From a virus, in IMG/VR virus record IMGVR_UViG_3300045988_001624, positions 1-5,937 of that record: a stretch of 5,937 nucleotides of DNA, one strand, 5' to 3'. The notes under the pieces were generated by a model, which was given only the letters and a program-made list of their open reading frames with translations, was not told the DNA's origin and searched no databases. Of the stretch, positions 5,434 through 5,937 are shown one piece after another; positions within the stretch are counted from its first letter, which is position 1; each line of letters starts with the position of its first letter. The translations under genes and the position numbers were made by a program.

Positions 5434-5553
5434 ATGGCTTTTATCAGTCTCAAAGACGCAAAGGAAGCAATCAAAGTGATGATGGAAATCCTAGCAGTGC
5501 TTGACAAAATTTATCATGCGCTGGTGGACAACGTCACCGATAAGACGGAGTAA
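5434..5553 (+). CDS. Unannotated 39-aa ORF (MAFISLKDAKEAIKVMMEILAVLDKIYHALVDNVTDKTE), amphipathic-helix-like. Below the size cut-off of the supplied ORF track.
   Basis: ATG 5434 is 6 nt after the AGGGGG run (5422-5427). Starts 3 nt after the peptidase stop. Its stop TAA (5551-5553) overlaps the AAGGAG RBS of the next gene, so it is tightly packed like the real genes. Confidence 0.3.
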   Translation: MAFISLKDAKEAIKVMMEILAVLDKIYHALVDNVTDKTE

Positions 5554-5563
5554 GGAGAAAAAA

Positions 5564-5791
5564 ATGGTTACAAAATCATGGAACGTAAGAGACCAGACCG
5601 AAAAAGAACTAACCGAACTGCTTGAAAAGAAATACAAAGAAATCGAGAACGATTACAAGCTCCTACGAAAAATAAGCGAGATTGAGACCGCAAAAAAGAT
5701 GATAGATGAAATATGGCAATGCAAAAGATTTGCCAACGTCATTGAGCTGGAGCTTATCAGAAGGGGATTCTATAATGGGACGACATCGTAA
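5564..5791 (+). CDS. Hypothetical helical / coiled-coil-like protein, 76 aa from ATG 5564. The ORF track extends it to 5501, but that portion has no RBS.
   Basis: AAGGAG at 5552-5557, 6 nt upstream of ATG 5564. Charged heptad-like sequence (EKELTELLEKKYKEIENDYKLLRKISEIE). Confidence 0.55.
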   Translation: MVTKSWNVRDQTEKELTELLEKKYKEIENDYKLLRKISEIETAKKMIDEIWQCKRFANVIELELIRRGFYNGTTS

Positions 5792-5897
5792 AGTAATGCG
5801 CAACGCAAAGGACAAGCGTATGTTCAACGTGACCGCGCGAAAAACGAAAAGTATCAACCTGAGTCAGAAACCAATGCGCGGCGGTATTCGACTGTAA
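5775..5897 (+). CDS. Small highly basic DNA-binding / packaging protein (phiX174 J-like; gokushovirus ORF8-like), 40 aa: MGRHRKVMRNAKDKRMFNVTARKTKSINLSQKPMRGGIRL.
   Basis: 12 of 40 residues are K/R. The C-terminal PMRGGIRL matches the characteristic ending of gokushovirus ORF8-type proteins as I recall them. SD AAGGGG at 5761-5766, 8 nt upstream. Runs across the circular junction (end equals position 15). Confidence 0.7.
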   Translation: MGRHRKVMRNAKDKRMFNVTARKTKSINLSQKPMRGGIRL

Positions 5898-5937
5898 GAA
5901 AAAAGGAGAAAAACAATGGAACACAACTATTATGGCA
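5883..5937. repeat. Second copy of the terminal redundancy (equivalent to 1-55).
   Basis: Exact identity with 1-55. Confidence 0.95.

Overview
This window is a complete, circularly permuted genome of a Microviridae (gokushovirus-like) ssDNA phage. Positions 1-55 are identical to 5883-5937, which is assembly terminal redundancy, so the circular unit is 5882 nt. All credible genes are on the + strand, as expected for a microvirus viral strand. The genes I can support are a major capsid protein VP1 (729-2360), a DNA pilot / minor capsid protein VP2 (2401-3309) and a rolling-circle replication initiator VP4 (3306-4325) with HUH and Y-x3-Y motifs. After VP4 comes a ~490-nt intergenic control region, described below. 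A block of small genes follows: a 70-aa ORF, a peptidase M15_3 (endolysin-like, 5042-5431), an unannotated 39-aa ORF, a 76-aa coiled-coil-like ORF, and a 40-aa highly basic J/ORF8-like DNA-binding protein. Across the circular junction are a 79-aa ORF and a VP3-like scaffolding protein (266-700) carrying a C-terminal (KETP)n tandem repeat. Strong AAGGAG-type Shine-Dalgarno sites and a sigma70-like promoter argue for a non-Bacteroidetes host. The most interesting region is the intergenic control region. It holds a hairpin whose loop is the reverse complement of the phiX174 ori nick core ACTTGATA, two 22-nt perfectly pyrimidine-purine alternating GC repeats that are Z-DNA-prone, and an AT-rich iteron-like array of TGTTRAAA motifs. 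The holin-less peptidase gene block is the other region worth follow-up.
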